Shown here piece after piece: positions 36,350-49,604 of a stretch of 64,000 nucleotides of DNA. The stretch's first letter is position 1. Every line of letters starts with the position of its first letter. The notes under the pieces are model-generated. The model saw only the letters and a list, made by a program, of their open reading frames with translations, did not search any database and had not been told where the DNA came from. The translations under genes and the position numbers were made by a program. The stretch is taken from NCBI GenBank assembly GCA_044892525.1, contig CM097885.1, forward strand, positions 310,001-374,000, read 5' to 3'. The stretch is from Schmidtea polychroa (Eukaryota).

Positions 36350-36918
36350 ATTGTTTACTCTTAATAAATGATGAATATATGTCGTCAGCTGACATTGCAG
36401 GGAACTCTTCCCCATCAGCACTTACCGTTTTCTTAGTGACCATCCTTTTTTTCTGCTTATTGTCCGATCGTGCTATAATGGAGGCACTCTTACTTGAATT
36501 TACACAAAGACCATTTGAGGCCAGTTCATTTAAAATTGTTGTAAGCAGTAGTGCTAAACCCGCTTTGGTTTCACTTACTATAACTAAGTCATCGGCGTAC
36601 GCCAAAATGGGATAGGTTATTCCTCTCAACTTGTAGCCAATAACAGTTTCATATACTTTCTGGATGGCGAGATCAATGATATTGTTGAACAGAGCGGGTG
36701 AAAGCGGGTTACCCTGTTTCACTCCTTTGTTTAAAGTTCCCCCAATGCCATCGACAGTTGTTGTAGCATTACTATAGCTCTCTTTAACATACCTTTATAG
36801 CAATTCGGGATAACCCGCTTGTTTCGCTGCTCTCAAGATACTATCATGATTAACAGAATCGAAGGCCTTTTTCATATCGACAAAGGCAATTGCAACATTC
36901 TTAATTTTAGTTCGCACA
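36350..36918 (-). pseudogene. R2-like non-LTR reverse transcriptase fragment
   Basis: AFVDMKKAFDSV, GVKQGNPLSP, LAYADDL, GLCVNSSKS; one in-frame stop. Cut at 36918 by the family B Polinton terminus. Confidence 0.88.
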
Positions 36919-37405
36919 AGTAGGTAGTTAGGGGCCCGCGGAAGCAATGGAGGGGGGGTAAAAATGTTGCAAACTTTTGATTGCATAATTTTTTCCGTAG
37001 ACCTTTTTTGATTACATAATTGTTGCCATACGCTCCAATGTATTTTTCAGACTATAGTGAGGGGGTCTCCTTGGTCCTCAGAATTTCAATAGAAAAGGTG
37101 GTTTACATTAAAAACGCATAGTATATTTTTAAAATAAAGCAAATTATGGGTCTAAAATTTAAAAATAAAGTAAATGATGGGTCTAAAAAATTAAATTTAA
37201 GTAAATCAAGGTTCAGATTTTTTTTGAATTAAAGTAAATTATGGGCTAAGATTTTTGAATTAAAGTTATCAATGGGCTCAAAAATCTAAATTAAGGTTCA
37301 AATTTTTAAATTAAAGTAAAAAATGGTTCAAAATTTAAAATTAAAGTTAATTAAGGGCTCAACTAAGTAAATTAGGGTTCAAATTTTTAAATTAATGTAA
37401 ATATT

Positions 37406-38007
37406 AGTAGGGTATTGTGTGGACCCGGGAACAAAGGCATATGACGTCATCGATGACGTCACAAAGACATATTACGTCATACCCCCACCCCCGGGGGTTT
37501 TTTTTTTAAATTTTTTTAAAAAAAATTTTTTTTTTAAATTTTTTTTTAAAATTTTTTTTTAAATTTATATTACGTTGCGGTATTTTAAAAATTTATATTA
37601 CGTTGCGGTATTTTAAAATATATATTACGTTGCGGTATTTTAAAATTTATATTACGTTGCGGTATTTTAAAATTTATTATATTTTAATTATTAAATATAT
37701 TACGTTGCGGTATTTTAAAAACTTATTGATAAAAGTTTAATAAAATAAAATTATTATTACACACACACAATATAGTCTACCCGACAAAATAGTCTGTTCC
37801 CCTATGGTCATACACACACACAATGTATAAAAATATTATTAGTGTCCACACACGCAACAAGTTAGTGTTCTCATTGATATATTATTAATCTATATACTCC
37901 GAGTCTATCCGACAAAATATTCTGTCCCCCTATGGGTACTGCTCACAAGGGTACTGGTCACGCTCAACAACTCGCAAGGGTATTAATAAACAATGTAATA
38001 AAACATA

Positions 38008-38101
<94 letters not shown>

Positions 38102-38110
38102 ATTATTATT
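37406..38110 (+). repeat. Left terminal inverted repeat of family A
   Basis: Reverse complement of 51842-52624 with scattered differences; the inner end runs into a (TAT)n tract, so that boundary is approximate. Confidence 0.93.
37442..37461. promoter_or_regulatory. 20-bp palindrome of two CRE/ATF sites (TGACGTCA-TCGA-TGACGTCA)
   Basis: Exact consensus twice; mirrored at 52569-52588. Function inferred. Confidence 0.55.
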
Positions 38111-38341
38111 ATGGGTACTGCTCACAAAGGTCACAAATGTACTGCTAAAAAATATTCAAGACATTAACAAAGAAATTATACTTTAAATATACACTAAAAT
38201 TTATTAACACACTGGGTAAAGGTAACTAACAAAACTTTAACATATTATTATTATTACAATGTATAAAAATTGTTCACAAAGTTACTGTTAAAAATAATCA
38301 AGACAATAAAATCAATACATTTATTAAATAATTTAAACACA

Positions 38342-41300
38342 TCATCGAAAATAATCATGTCCAAAATAATTATCATCTGCTGGATCATGGAAATCATCTG
38401 TATCATGGAAATCATCTGTATCATCTGCTGAGATAGCTTCCGTTGAATCTATAAATATATCGGTGTCACCGCCCCTATAATGGCCATATGCCAAACTTTG
38501 ATTTTTATCCACCCAATTTCGTTTATCATCTCTACACGTCAAGGCTCTTTTATTATTTTTAATACTAAAAAGTTGGTGATTTTTTGACGTTATTCTAAAC
38601 TGAGGGACTGTGTATATTTTATCATTTAAATAACAATCTAGATACGACTGATGTGTTAGTCCAGTATCTTTCATACTTATCCCCTTAGCCTTCATACTTT
38701 CCTCATCACCCATCAAACTGTAACATTTAGGTCTCAAGAACACCCAATCTTTATATAATTACCCTTTATTCTCGTCTTTGAATTTGCCAATGACAGAATC
38801 AAGGTTCCTACTATATAAAGGATGATTTGGGTCATAATTCGAAGTATCTAATAATTGATCTCTAATCATCGCAGGTAAAAGATGTCAAGACTACAATGTT
38901 TAATTTCCAAGAAGAAGGAATCTGTGTCTCCAGCAACGATATTAATTTCGCAGTTGAATTCGTCGCGATATTTTTGCAACTTTTCATACTGCAGCTGGTA
39001 CATCCTGAGTTTGGATAAATCAAGTACGGTTTGACCAATGTAACTAGGTCTATTCAAACACACTATGTCCTTCCTCAATAAAACCGAAATCAAGTCATCA
39101 TCGATTTTCGTGGATTTACGAAAAGTCGGTTTCGAACAGAATGTTAATAATCTCTGTGAAGAATTACACAGACGTAAATTAATACGTTTTTTAAGATTTT
39201 CAACAGTCTTGCCGTAAAGACTGTTGTTTAATAATTTATAAAAATTTTTATCGAGTTTATTTGTCGACGCTGCTCGTAACGCCGTATTTGTGTTAATATA
39301 ATTTTTGAAAATTTTATCTTGTTTAAATTTAATAGCTCTATGTGTTTTTGATATTTTAACACCTAATTTAATAAATATTTGTAGAAGCCTCCAATGAAGA
39401 ACGTAGTTCCTCTTGGGGCTATGTGTAAGCAACAGCTTCTCTATTTTCGAACCCGGTACACACTTCTTTTCAGCGGCAACGGGAAGATCGTCCAGTTTGT
39501 CGTGAATTGACGTCGGTATTTCTAAATCCACTTCTATGGTATAACCATAATCAAGCAGATCTAAATCTACCGTTGTGCATTCAACAATTATATTATTTAA
39601 TAAATTATCATCAGTAACCCATTCAAAGTCACTGCAAGGTAATGGTTGACTTAAAGCCCAACCGTATAAATTATTTATATCTATGTAAAGCAAAGCGGTA
39701 TCCGGGTCTGTTTTTACATAATGTTTATTTACAAAAGTTAGTCCGCCACGGATACCGCCCTCGAAAAGTTTATACATCTCCATATCGGTGAGGAGCTCAA
39801 TTGGAAAGTTTAAAGTTAATAAGGCTGAATTCCAAGACATACCTGGAATCCCTAAGAAATTTAATGGCTCTAGTCGGTTATGAGCAATGAACTTAGCTCT
39901 AAATTGCTGGAAAAAATCGGCTAAAAGGAAAACATCAAGTTTTAAATAAACCATCATGTAATCGAAAAGTGAAGTACATGAAGTTTCAACCCAAATTCGC
40001 TGAGCTGTCTCATATTCAGCAGGAGTCACATCTTTCCAAATAGGTGGTAACTGATGAGTGTTATGTAAAACCTCTAATGAAGTTGCGACATCATAAGGAA
40101 AAATTCCCTTTGCAGTTATTATTGTACCCTGAAATTCTGATTCGGTCAAGGGTAAAGATGATAAAGTTTTGACAGCATTATTTAAAGACTCGCTGAGAAA
40201 TTGATAAGAGTCTATAAATTTAACAGTTAATGAGTCAATCTTAGCAAAAAGACTAAGGAATTTCTCGCTGGTTAAAGGAATACAACTAATATTCCATGAA
40301 TGATATTTTGAAAGGCCAAATTTCAAGATATGATGCAGATCATAACCCTTTAAATTATGAAATACTACAGGAAGGGTATGTCTAATTTGCCTCGACAGAT
40401 TACAAGTTGTACAAGCGGCACCAAGATATAGACCGGTAAAATGATCATGGTTCCTAACTGGACTAACTAAAGGCTTATTGCACAAATAACATGATGTGCT
40501 GTTTTCAAACATTAATTGTTGCTCATCTGTAATTATCATTTTCTTTTGATAATTTTTATAATAATAAGGAGTTACAATATATTTCCCTATCATTTCAATT
40601 TCAGTAAGAAATTGATCGACACAATCTAAACCGGTGAACGACTTATAAATTTTTACGCCTGTGAAATTATTAATAAAAAGCATACCGGCAGAAATAGGCA
40701 GATGACGTTGAAAGTAGCGAGTGTCTTTAGGTAAGATAGCCTCAAAGTCAGCGTAAATAACAAAGGGAGGAGTAACTGTTTTACTCCAATCAGTAAATTC
40801 TAAATATTTATTTTTAGGCAATGTGTACAAGGTAGTACCAAGCTGATTTTTATCGCAAAGACCCTTATGTCTATTAAAAGTGTCATCATTCCTAAAACCG
40901 TTTAAACATCTAGGGCACCACTGACTACAAATCCTAACAGGAGTGATTGAACTATTCCTACAATTAAGAAATCTATTTAGGTCTGTGATTCCAAGATAAT
41001 GATAATTATCATTCTTTTCGATTAATAATAAATTGATAGGTATGGCTCCTACTATCTTACTCCTATATATTATATCAATAAAGGGATGTTTCATAACTGC
41101 ATCTTCATCGGAAATGTCAATCAAAGCCTTTTCGTTATAAGTAAGAACATTAATACTATAACCCGGATTTTGTTGTTCAAATTTACTTATATTTGATAGT
41201 TTCATCGGCATATCATTAGGATCAAATTTAATTTCAGAAAGATTGTAGGAATTAGGGCGATTTCTATATTGCCTATTTATACAGTCATATTTAATAATTG

Positions 41301-42116
41301 ACAAGAAACTATACAAAAAGCAGAAGTGGTCATTATTAACTACATTAATGAGACAGCTTAAGTTTCTTAAAGATTTTGGGGTTTCAATAAAACTTCTACC
41401 ACTTAATCGACTTATTTCAGCAAATTTAGTAAGAACAAAGCTTATGTATTCTATTTTATTGATAGTCCAATTACTACCTTTCTCATTAATTTTAATTATT
41501 TTTTCATTTAAACGAGCAATACCTTCGTCAATGAATGTATCGCTCCAAACTCGGGCGGAATTCGAGATTACAAAAGATTGTAACTCATCATCTTTTATAA
41601 ATTCCACCTTTAGACAAAATTGAATTTTACATGATTTTAATTTATTTACATATAAATTTAATTTATTTATTAAAATTTCTGGTACAGAGACCGTTTTTAA
41701 ATCTAAAGACGAAACGTCCATTTTTAATATAATATGATTATTATTTAAATCACTGGTGACATCTACGACACCATAACCTATTTGATTAGTATTATTATTA
41801 ATACGATTATTATAATAAATATTACTACTACTACTATTATTATTATTATTATTATTATCAATTTCCTCATCACTTATGTTGATTATTTCATCATCATCAC
41901 TTATTGTGATTACATCAATAACTTTAGATTTTTTACTTGGTATTGAATTTATTTTTTCATTATTTTTTCTTTTATTCATATTAATTAGATTATTTATTTG
42001 TTCATTTAATTTATTTACTTGGTCTTTTAGAATATTTATTTCGTTTATATCATTATTATTATTATTGGTGCTGTTAGTATTATTGTTGGTGATATTATTA
42101 TTATTATTATTGTTGA

Positions 42117-42153
<37 letters not shown>

Positions 42154-42158
42154 GTTGA

Positions 42159-42195
<37 letters not shown>

Positions 42196-42239
42196 GTTGT
42201 TGATATTATTATTATTATTGTTGTTGATATTATTGTTGA

Positions 42240-42285
<46 letters not shown>

Positions 42286-43446
42286 GTTAACAAACGATTC
42301 ATATAAGCTATAGAAAAGAGACTTCTTAGAAGGTTTAAATTGTTGGAGATGGAGTCTATGCTTACTATAAAATTCCTTATACGTTATAACTTCAATAACC
42401 TCACATTTAGGGCATAGGATGTAGGTGACACCGTTATATTTATGACTATAATATCTTTCCATTATATCATTGCAGTCATTATGATATTGACTATTACAAA
42501 AGTTTTGGTATTTCAAACCTATGAAAATATTTTTATCATAAAATGTTTAAAAAATAATAAGATAATAATCATTTTTAAAGTTTAAGATATTTTTCGTAAG
42601 ATATTATTCAAAATTATCTTTTAAATAGTATCTTATAAAAAATATTATTCAAAATTATCTTTTAAATAGTATCTTATAAAAAATATTATAAAATATATAT
42701 ATATAATTTAATTCGTTTTCATAAATAATTTAATTCATTTTCATAAATAAATAAATAAGTAAATCTTCTTTTCATGAATAAATCTTCTTTTCAAAATCAT
42801 CATAAATAAATAAGTAAATCTTCTTTTCATAAATCATCATAAATAAATAAATAAATAATTCTTTTTCTAAAATAGTTTTTATTTTCATAAATAATATATA
42901 AAAGTTATTAATTATAATGTTCAAAATCATCATAAATAAATAGGTAAATCTTCTTTTCATAAATTATCATAAATAAATAAGTAAATCTTCTTTTCATAAA
43001 TTATCATAAATAAATAAGTAAATCTTCTTTTTCTAAAATAGTTTTTATTTTCATAAATAATATATAAAAGTTATTAATTATAATGTTCAAAATCATCATA
43101 AATAAATAGGTAAATCTTCTTTTCATGAATTATCATAAATAAATAAATAAGTAAATCTTCTTTTCATAAATTATCATAAATAAATAAGTAAATCTTCTTT
43201 TCATAAATTATCATAAATAAATAAATAAGTAAATCTTCTTTTCATAAATTATCATAAATAAATAAATAAGTAAATCTTCTTTTCATAAATTATCATAAAT
43301 AAATAAGTAAATCTTCTTTTGATGAATAAATCTTCTTTTCATAAATCTTCCTTTCAAAATCATCATAAATAAATCTTCTTTTGAAATATCTTCTTTTCAT
43401 GAAAAAATCTTCTTTTCATAAGTTTCTTCTTTTAATTATTATTATA

Positions 43447-43479
<33 letters not shown>

Positions 43480-43806
43480 ATATTTTAAAAAACTTAAAAA
43501 TTTATAACAATAAATAAATACTTACATTTTCGTCCTTTCGAAAGAAATTTTCCAGCATCAGCAGCAGCAGAAGTATTTATTACATTTCCATCTAAAAGCA
43601 TAATAAAAATAATAATGATAATAAGAGTAAACTATTACCATTTATTCTATTCATGTCTACAGCTTGTCCGTCGATATTCATTTTAATTTGTTGATTAGTA
43701 CCTAATAATCATATTAAAAATAATAAAATAATAAAATAATAAATTTACCATTAATTCCTCCAACGATCTTTCCGTCAACTCTTTGAATATTGTTGTTGTT
43801 GTTCAT
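38342..43806 (-). pseudogene. polB: Family A pPolB (group 2 type with endonuclease VII/HNH insert), spliced: exons 43806-43749, 43701-43639, 43591-43526, 42518-38342; one frameshift and one nonsense codon near the 3' end
   Basis: Domains: Cys/His fingers, poly-Asn, OTU-like INxxNxDxxCF...HY, C2H2 finger, ExoI YADFE, CYLC...HDH...CTTCN, YIDINNLYG, NNSLYGK, AGDTDS. Lesions: 1-nt deletion near 38882 and TAA at 38759-38761, compared with the other copies. Confidence 0.93.
42720..43420. repeat. ~32-36-bp tandem repeat (AATAAATAAGTAAATCTTCTTTTCATAAATTATCAT) inside predicted pPolB intron 3
   Basis: More than ten visible units. Confidence 0.85.
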
Positions 43807-44171
43807 GTTGCTAATAGATTTTTAAAAGTGATGAAAAAATGAAAGTGTAGACTATATAAGAGAGATATTACAGGTTTTATTAACCGACCAATGAAAATAG
43901 AGATAGGATAGGAAAAGATACTACATGTTTGTTTATACAAACCATGACGAAATAATGACCTTTACATGTCTTTATTACTCAGTGCTTTGTTACTTTGCAT
44001 TGTGCATGCACTGAACATGTAATAGTATTACATAATATTTTTAAACATAAAATTTTAAACATAAAATAATAAAATAATAAAATAATAAAACAAATAATAA
44101 TATTTAACAAATAATAATAATAATATTTAACAAATAATTAAAATAGTCAACAAATAAAAATCATACATTTA

Positions 44172-44583
44172 TTAACCATCAAATTTTTTATACAACAACC
44201 ATGCCAAACAGTGTTGACCACATGTTTGAGTCAATGGATTTTGAAACATAGTTTTATTATATACAATAGGTTTCCCAATTGTTTGAAGTTTTGATATCAA
44301 CAAAGCAGGATAATAGAAACCCATAGGATCGAATACGAATATATTACTAGGTTTCACATATATAGCTATCCAATGTTCTCCACCAAGATGAGACGAATGA
44401 GTATTGATAATTATGGCTTGATTATTGCTCAAATAAGGAATTTTATCAAGAGGAAAAACTCCTACAAATTCATTTTCTAATATTTGTTTTCCAATTCGAT
44501 TAACCTGAACAGAACTACTTTAATAAAATTAAACAGTATCAAAAAACTTACTCCATGACAACTTTTTGTGTTTCTGTATACAT
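44172..44583 (-). CDS. Adenain-like cysteine maturation protease, spliced (intron 44551-44515); start at 44583 or 44556
   Basis: FVGVFPLD, IINT...GEHWIA (His), FDPMG (Asp), Q...TCGQHC (Cys). A GTAAGT donor and TAG acceptor link ATG GA|T TCT in frame. Confidence 0.9.
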
Positions 44584-45807
44584 TTATACTAGCACGGTTC
44601 TATTTGCAGTAATTTGAACTTCATTTTCAAATACTCCATATATTATAACATGTACCGGTTCAGTAATAGCTTTTGCAAACTTAATATCCAGTCGTAAATT
44701 CCCGTTTTGTGGTAGTTGACTCTGATATAAATCAAAATCAGGGGCTAAAACAAATGTAAAAAATGGATATTTGCTTTTAAATTCTTCTAGAGTTATTCCA
44801 CAATTCAAGTTTTTATCTAAGTAACCCAGATTTCTAACAATACTCTGCATATATGTCGCACAGTAATTATCGCTTTCGAAATCTTGAGTATATGTTTCTC
44901 TATAATCAGTATTTTTCGACAAAGTCAATGAAGTAACACCAAAATTTTTGAAAATTGAGCTGGAAGCAGTATAAGATCCATTATATTGTGTTTCACTTTG
45001 AAATGTTACCAGAATAAAATTAGGCATTCTTCTGTCACCAAATATTTGTTCTTTATAGAATGATGAAGCACCTTTAGCAATAGAAAATTGTACAATTTCC
45101 TTTGTTTTTAAAGGATAAATTGCATGTTTTGAATTAAGACCCAATTGATGACCAGCTAATACTGACGGGTCTACTCGAACTCTTCTCACCAATAATTTTG
45201 CATCAACTAATTGGCATATTGGTGCACCAGTTGCACTAGTAAGAGATAATGCAGAATCAGACCTTTTCAATCTAATTTGTACATTAACTCCTGGTAGCAA
45301 ATATTTCGGTTGATCCATAAAATCGAGTTGTAATGATGAGCACATAGTGAATGATTTTGAGCCTTTAACCCACTTTTTTCTTTCATCATCTGTTGCTGCA
45401 TAATCCATAGGTGTAAGACAGGTATTTTTAGTATCAGAATTGTAATTTAAAATAGTTTCTATCAAAGCCTTGTGAATGAATGTATTATTTCCGCCCTCAA
45501 TCTTAATATTATTAAATCCCAAGACTGCATCTTTAAACAGAGTATGAAACTTGAAATTGTTCGGTATTACATCTGCATTGGCATCCAAAACTTTTCTATC
45601 TTTATCTACAACCTTGATCTGAACAGTCACTAAATTATCATTCAAATCTAAATATTCAGTTTGCGAACCATTAATATAAAACTCGATATCATTTCTACTA
45701 TCAGTAATTGAATTCATAGGAAAAACTTCCTCAAAGGCCCCAAATTCGATTACAGCTTGAGGCGATGGTCTATCAAATATACATAATTCAGATTTACCAC
45801 AAATCAT
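44584..45807 (-). CDS. Major capsid protein (double jelly-roll, hexon-like)
   Basis: KSELCIF start, IEFYI...EYLDLND, QPKYLLPGV, GNLRLDIKFA...ENEVQITANR end; intact 407 aa at the canonical position between the PW-like gene and the protease. Confidence 0.9.
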   Translation of the reverse strand: MICGKSELCIFDRPSPQAVIEFGAFEEVFPMNSITDSRNDIEFYINGSQTEYLDLNDNLVTVQIKVVDKDRKVLDANADVIPNNFKFHTLFKDAVLGFNNIKIEGGNNTFIHKALIETILNYNSDTKNTCLTPMDYAATDDERKKWVKGSKSFTMCSSLQLDFMDQPKYLLPGVNVQIRLKRSDSALSLTSATGAPICQLVDAKLLVRRVRVDPSVLAGHQLGLNSKHAIYPLKTKEIVQFSIAKGASSFYKEQIFGDRRMPNFILVTFQSETQYNGSYTASSSIFKNFGVTSLTLSKNTDYRETYTQDFESDNYCATYMQSIVRNLGYLDKNLNCGITLEEFKSKYPFFTFVLAPDFDLYQSQLPQNGNLRLDIKFAKAITEPVHVIIYGVFENEVQITANRTVLV

Positions 45808-46166
45808 TTTGCAAATATAGTTCCATGTCCTTTCATTCGTTTGTTTATACGCGATATTCCATGTCCTTTACGTTTTGGAGCTGGGGCTGGGGGCGTATCT
45901 TTTTGAAACATACCAGCAACTCCAGGTAGAACCTTCCCTAACTCAGCTAAAGCATTTGTTTTTATGGATGGTAATATTTTCTGTTCATTCATAATAACAT
46001 CTTTTGCAGTTTTCATGCCAAAACTACCAATACGTTTAAGAATAGGAAGTGCAAATCTCCCTATTGTTTTTAACCAGCCTGATCCGTATTGTTTACCAAT
46101 AAAATATGGTAATTCACCGCCAGATTGGCTATCACTATACATACTAATAATATCGGAATTAGCCAT
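45804..46166 (-). CDS. Small basic core/membrane-active protein (PW/pVI-like)
   Basis: QSGG and QYGSG putative cleavage sites, then an amphipathic WLKTIGRFALPILKRIG helix and a basic tail ending in TIF. Confidence 0.78.
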   Translation of the reverse strand: MANSDIISMYSDSQSGGELPYFIGKQYGSGWLKTIGRFALPILKRIGSFGMKTAKDVIMNEQKILPSIKTNALAELGKVLPGVAGMFQKDTPPAPAPKRKGHGISRINKRMKGHGTIFAK

Positions 46167-47171
46167 CTACTTTACGAAAATGTAGTGTCAAATGAGTTTT
46201 TGAATCTTTTGGGAAGTTTATAAGTTTTCCACTATCGTCACGAATATTTATTTCTATATTGTTTATACATGAGCTTGCTATTGGTAAATACATGGGATTA
46301 TCGATATTTATATTGACAACTTCATCATGTTCATATTTTCCAATCCATACCGATTTCAAAAGAGGAACACTGGAATCACCAACAATTATAGGCTCAATAA
46401 TATTAGTATATATGAACATTTGTTGATGATGTTCAAGTATTCTTGGTTTACGTATACCAGTCGATTTTTCCCGATATTGCTGCTTCTCTAATCCAAGTGT
46501 ATTTGTCAAATTTTTATCAAATGTAACTTCGCAAATATCATCATTCAAACTGAAGGTAAACATCAAATCTTTCACAATGTCCAAACTTTTAAATATGTGT
46601 GAACAATTGTACTTTAAATATTTAAGTAACACATCAAGTTTATCAATATATAATTCGTCAGCAAAGGTGAATGATTCTTCAACTTCATTATTATACGACA
46701 CTGATATTTTGATTTCTTCTCTCATTACACTGTTTGCTTCAAATAGATTAAAGCGTAATAAATATTCTGTTTCCATAACTTCATTTTTCAACTTATTGCA
46801 ACCCAATCGTTTGGCATCTTCAATATATTCGAATGTTATTGTAAATGGTTTAAAATCACAACTGATATTTAATCCATCCTTGTAAAACATAGAGCAGTGC
46901 TGATCTAATAGTTGATTTGGAATATGATATGTTTTATCATAATTACTGATAATAAAGATACCGCTACATGTTTTCATAGCATTCCTTTTGAAATCAATCT
47001 TACATTGACTATAAAATGGGAATGTATTGTACACGAATGTAAAATCTTGCAGTGCAACTTCCCAGTCCCCATTTAAAGAAATCGGATTCTGGAGATTGAC
47101 CATGAATTTACTGGCTTGATTATCTGGATGAATAAGCGGGCAACTATTGCTTGGTAAAATAGTATAAAAAT

Positions 47172-48292
<1,121 letters not shown>

Positions 48293-48353
48293 TACAACAA
48301 GAAGATTTAATATTAAATTTAATGTCTGGTAATGAAGGATTAGCACCCATTGT

Positions 48354-48848
48354 TTATGATCGACTTCCTATTATTCCACCTAATAATGATATTGCTAAAG
48401 GTATCAATGCACCGATAAATCCCCCTTGTTGTTTATATATAATTTTTCTCATTTGTTGACGATTTTTATTATTTACTAATGATAGCAAAGGTTTCCTATG
48501 TTTACTCAATAATTGCTTTTTAGATTTACTGATTTTAATCTTACCTTTGACTACTTTAAGTATAATATCGAGTAAATCATCGACAACATAATTTGGAAAA
48601 GATTGCAAAATACTGTTTCTTTTCATACTGGGTGCCTTTAACAATGTATTGAAAAACGGGAAACTCCGATGATTTTTAACAACTTTTACTTTCTTAGTGG
48701 TTTTACTTTTAGTTTTAGGTTTAGGATTTTTCGAAAATAGATTCATTGCAGGAAAATTTTCTGTAATAAGTTCTTTAGATGGCGTATAACTAGTTGTTGG
48801 TGGAACTTTTGGTTGTTTTTTACTCGATATCCTTGTTTTTGAAAACAT
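48354..48848 (-). CDS. Basic core protein with adenovirus pX-like C-terminus
   Basis: Lys-rich; ends QQGGFIGALIPLAISLLGGIIG, resembling the GG-cleaved hydrophobic tail of adenoviral pX. Confidence 0.75.
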   Translation of the reverse strand: MFSKTRISSKKQPKVPPTTSYTPSKELITENFPAMNLFSKNPKPKTKSKTTKKVKVVKNHRSFPFFNTLLKAPSMKRNSILQSFPNYVVDDLLDIILKVVKGKIKISKSKKQLLSKHRKPLLSLVNNKNRQQMRKIIYKQQGGFIGALIPLAISLLGGIIGSRS

Positions 48849-48861
48849 GATTTATGTGTTT

Positions 48862-49500
48862 TCAAATTTGTTTTAAACTTTGTTTATATACCATGGCGCC
48901 TTTTGGGTTGAAAATATCTGTTTTTACCCGTATATCATCAGGACATTGTTGTGTGAAATCGAGAAATATATACCCATGAGGTATTTTCGTAGCATCTTGA
49001 AATGCACTGATAAGAAAATTACGGTTATTAGGGTATGCTTGTCGTCCAAGAAAATCGATGACAGTTGCATCTCTAGGATTCTTGAAAATAACTAGATATT
49101 GTACATTTAAATTACGTGTTCGATGTGCACCACCTTGATGAAATAGATTTTGTGTTATGAAAATAACTGTTACACCAACATGTCTGCAGATTTTTGTGAA
49201 TAAATTATTAAAATCCTTTTCTTTATTGGCTTCTTGATACAAATCATCGATAATGATGACATCATCTTTTTTCAAACGACTTGACCAGTTTTTATCAAAA
49301 CCCTTTACTATTTTCATGTTTTTCAATTGACAGAAACTTGATTGAGTCAATCCATGTTCTTCATCGGCGCCCCTATGCCAATAAATATTGTTGAATTTTG
49401 TTTTGAACAAATTAGATTTTAGTAATTTACAAACAAATAATGTTTTTCCACTACCACTCGGACCAACGATTTGGTATACTGCATCATTTCGTAATTCCAT
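48862..49500 (-). CDS. A32/FtsK-like DNA packaging ATPase
   Basis: Walker A GPSGSGKT, Walker B IIIDD, RH.....IFITQNLF, FKNPRD. Confidence 0.95.
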   Translation of the reverse strand: MELRNDAVYQIVGPSGSGKTLFVCKLLKSNLFKTKFNNIYWHRGADEEHGLTQSSFCQLKNMKIVKGFDKNWSSRLKKDDVIIIDDLYQEANKEKDFNNLFTKICRHVGVTVIFITQNLFHQGGAHRTRNLNVQYLVIFKNPRDATVIDFLGRQAYPNNRNFLISAFQDATKIPHGYIFLDFTQQCPDDIRVKTDIFNPKGAMVYKQSLKQI

Positions 49501-49604
49501 TTTTTAAATTTAAACTATATAATTATTGTTTATATTGATAATTTAAATGAACTCCTTTTTAAAATAACTATATATAACAGAGTTTTTATAATTATTTCAT
49601 TAAA

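Noticed and set aside
37566..37720. CRISPR-like array of ~25-bp repeats
   Set aside because: No unique spacers, no cas genes, eukaryotic context, and mirrored in the other TIR.
41876..42313. Poly-Leu and poly-Ile ORFs (also 37932, 42045, 47706, 51746, 51813)
   Set aside because: Alternative-frame readings of (AAT)n/(TAT)n microsatellites.
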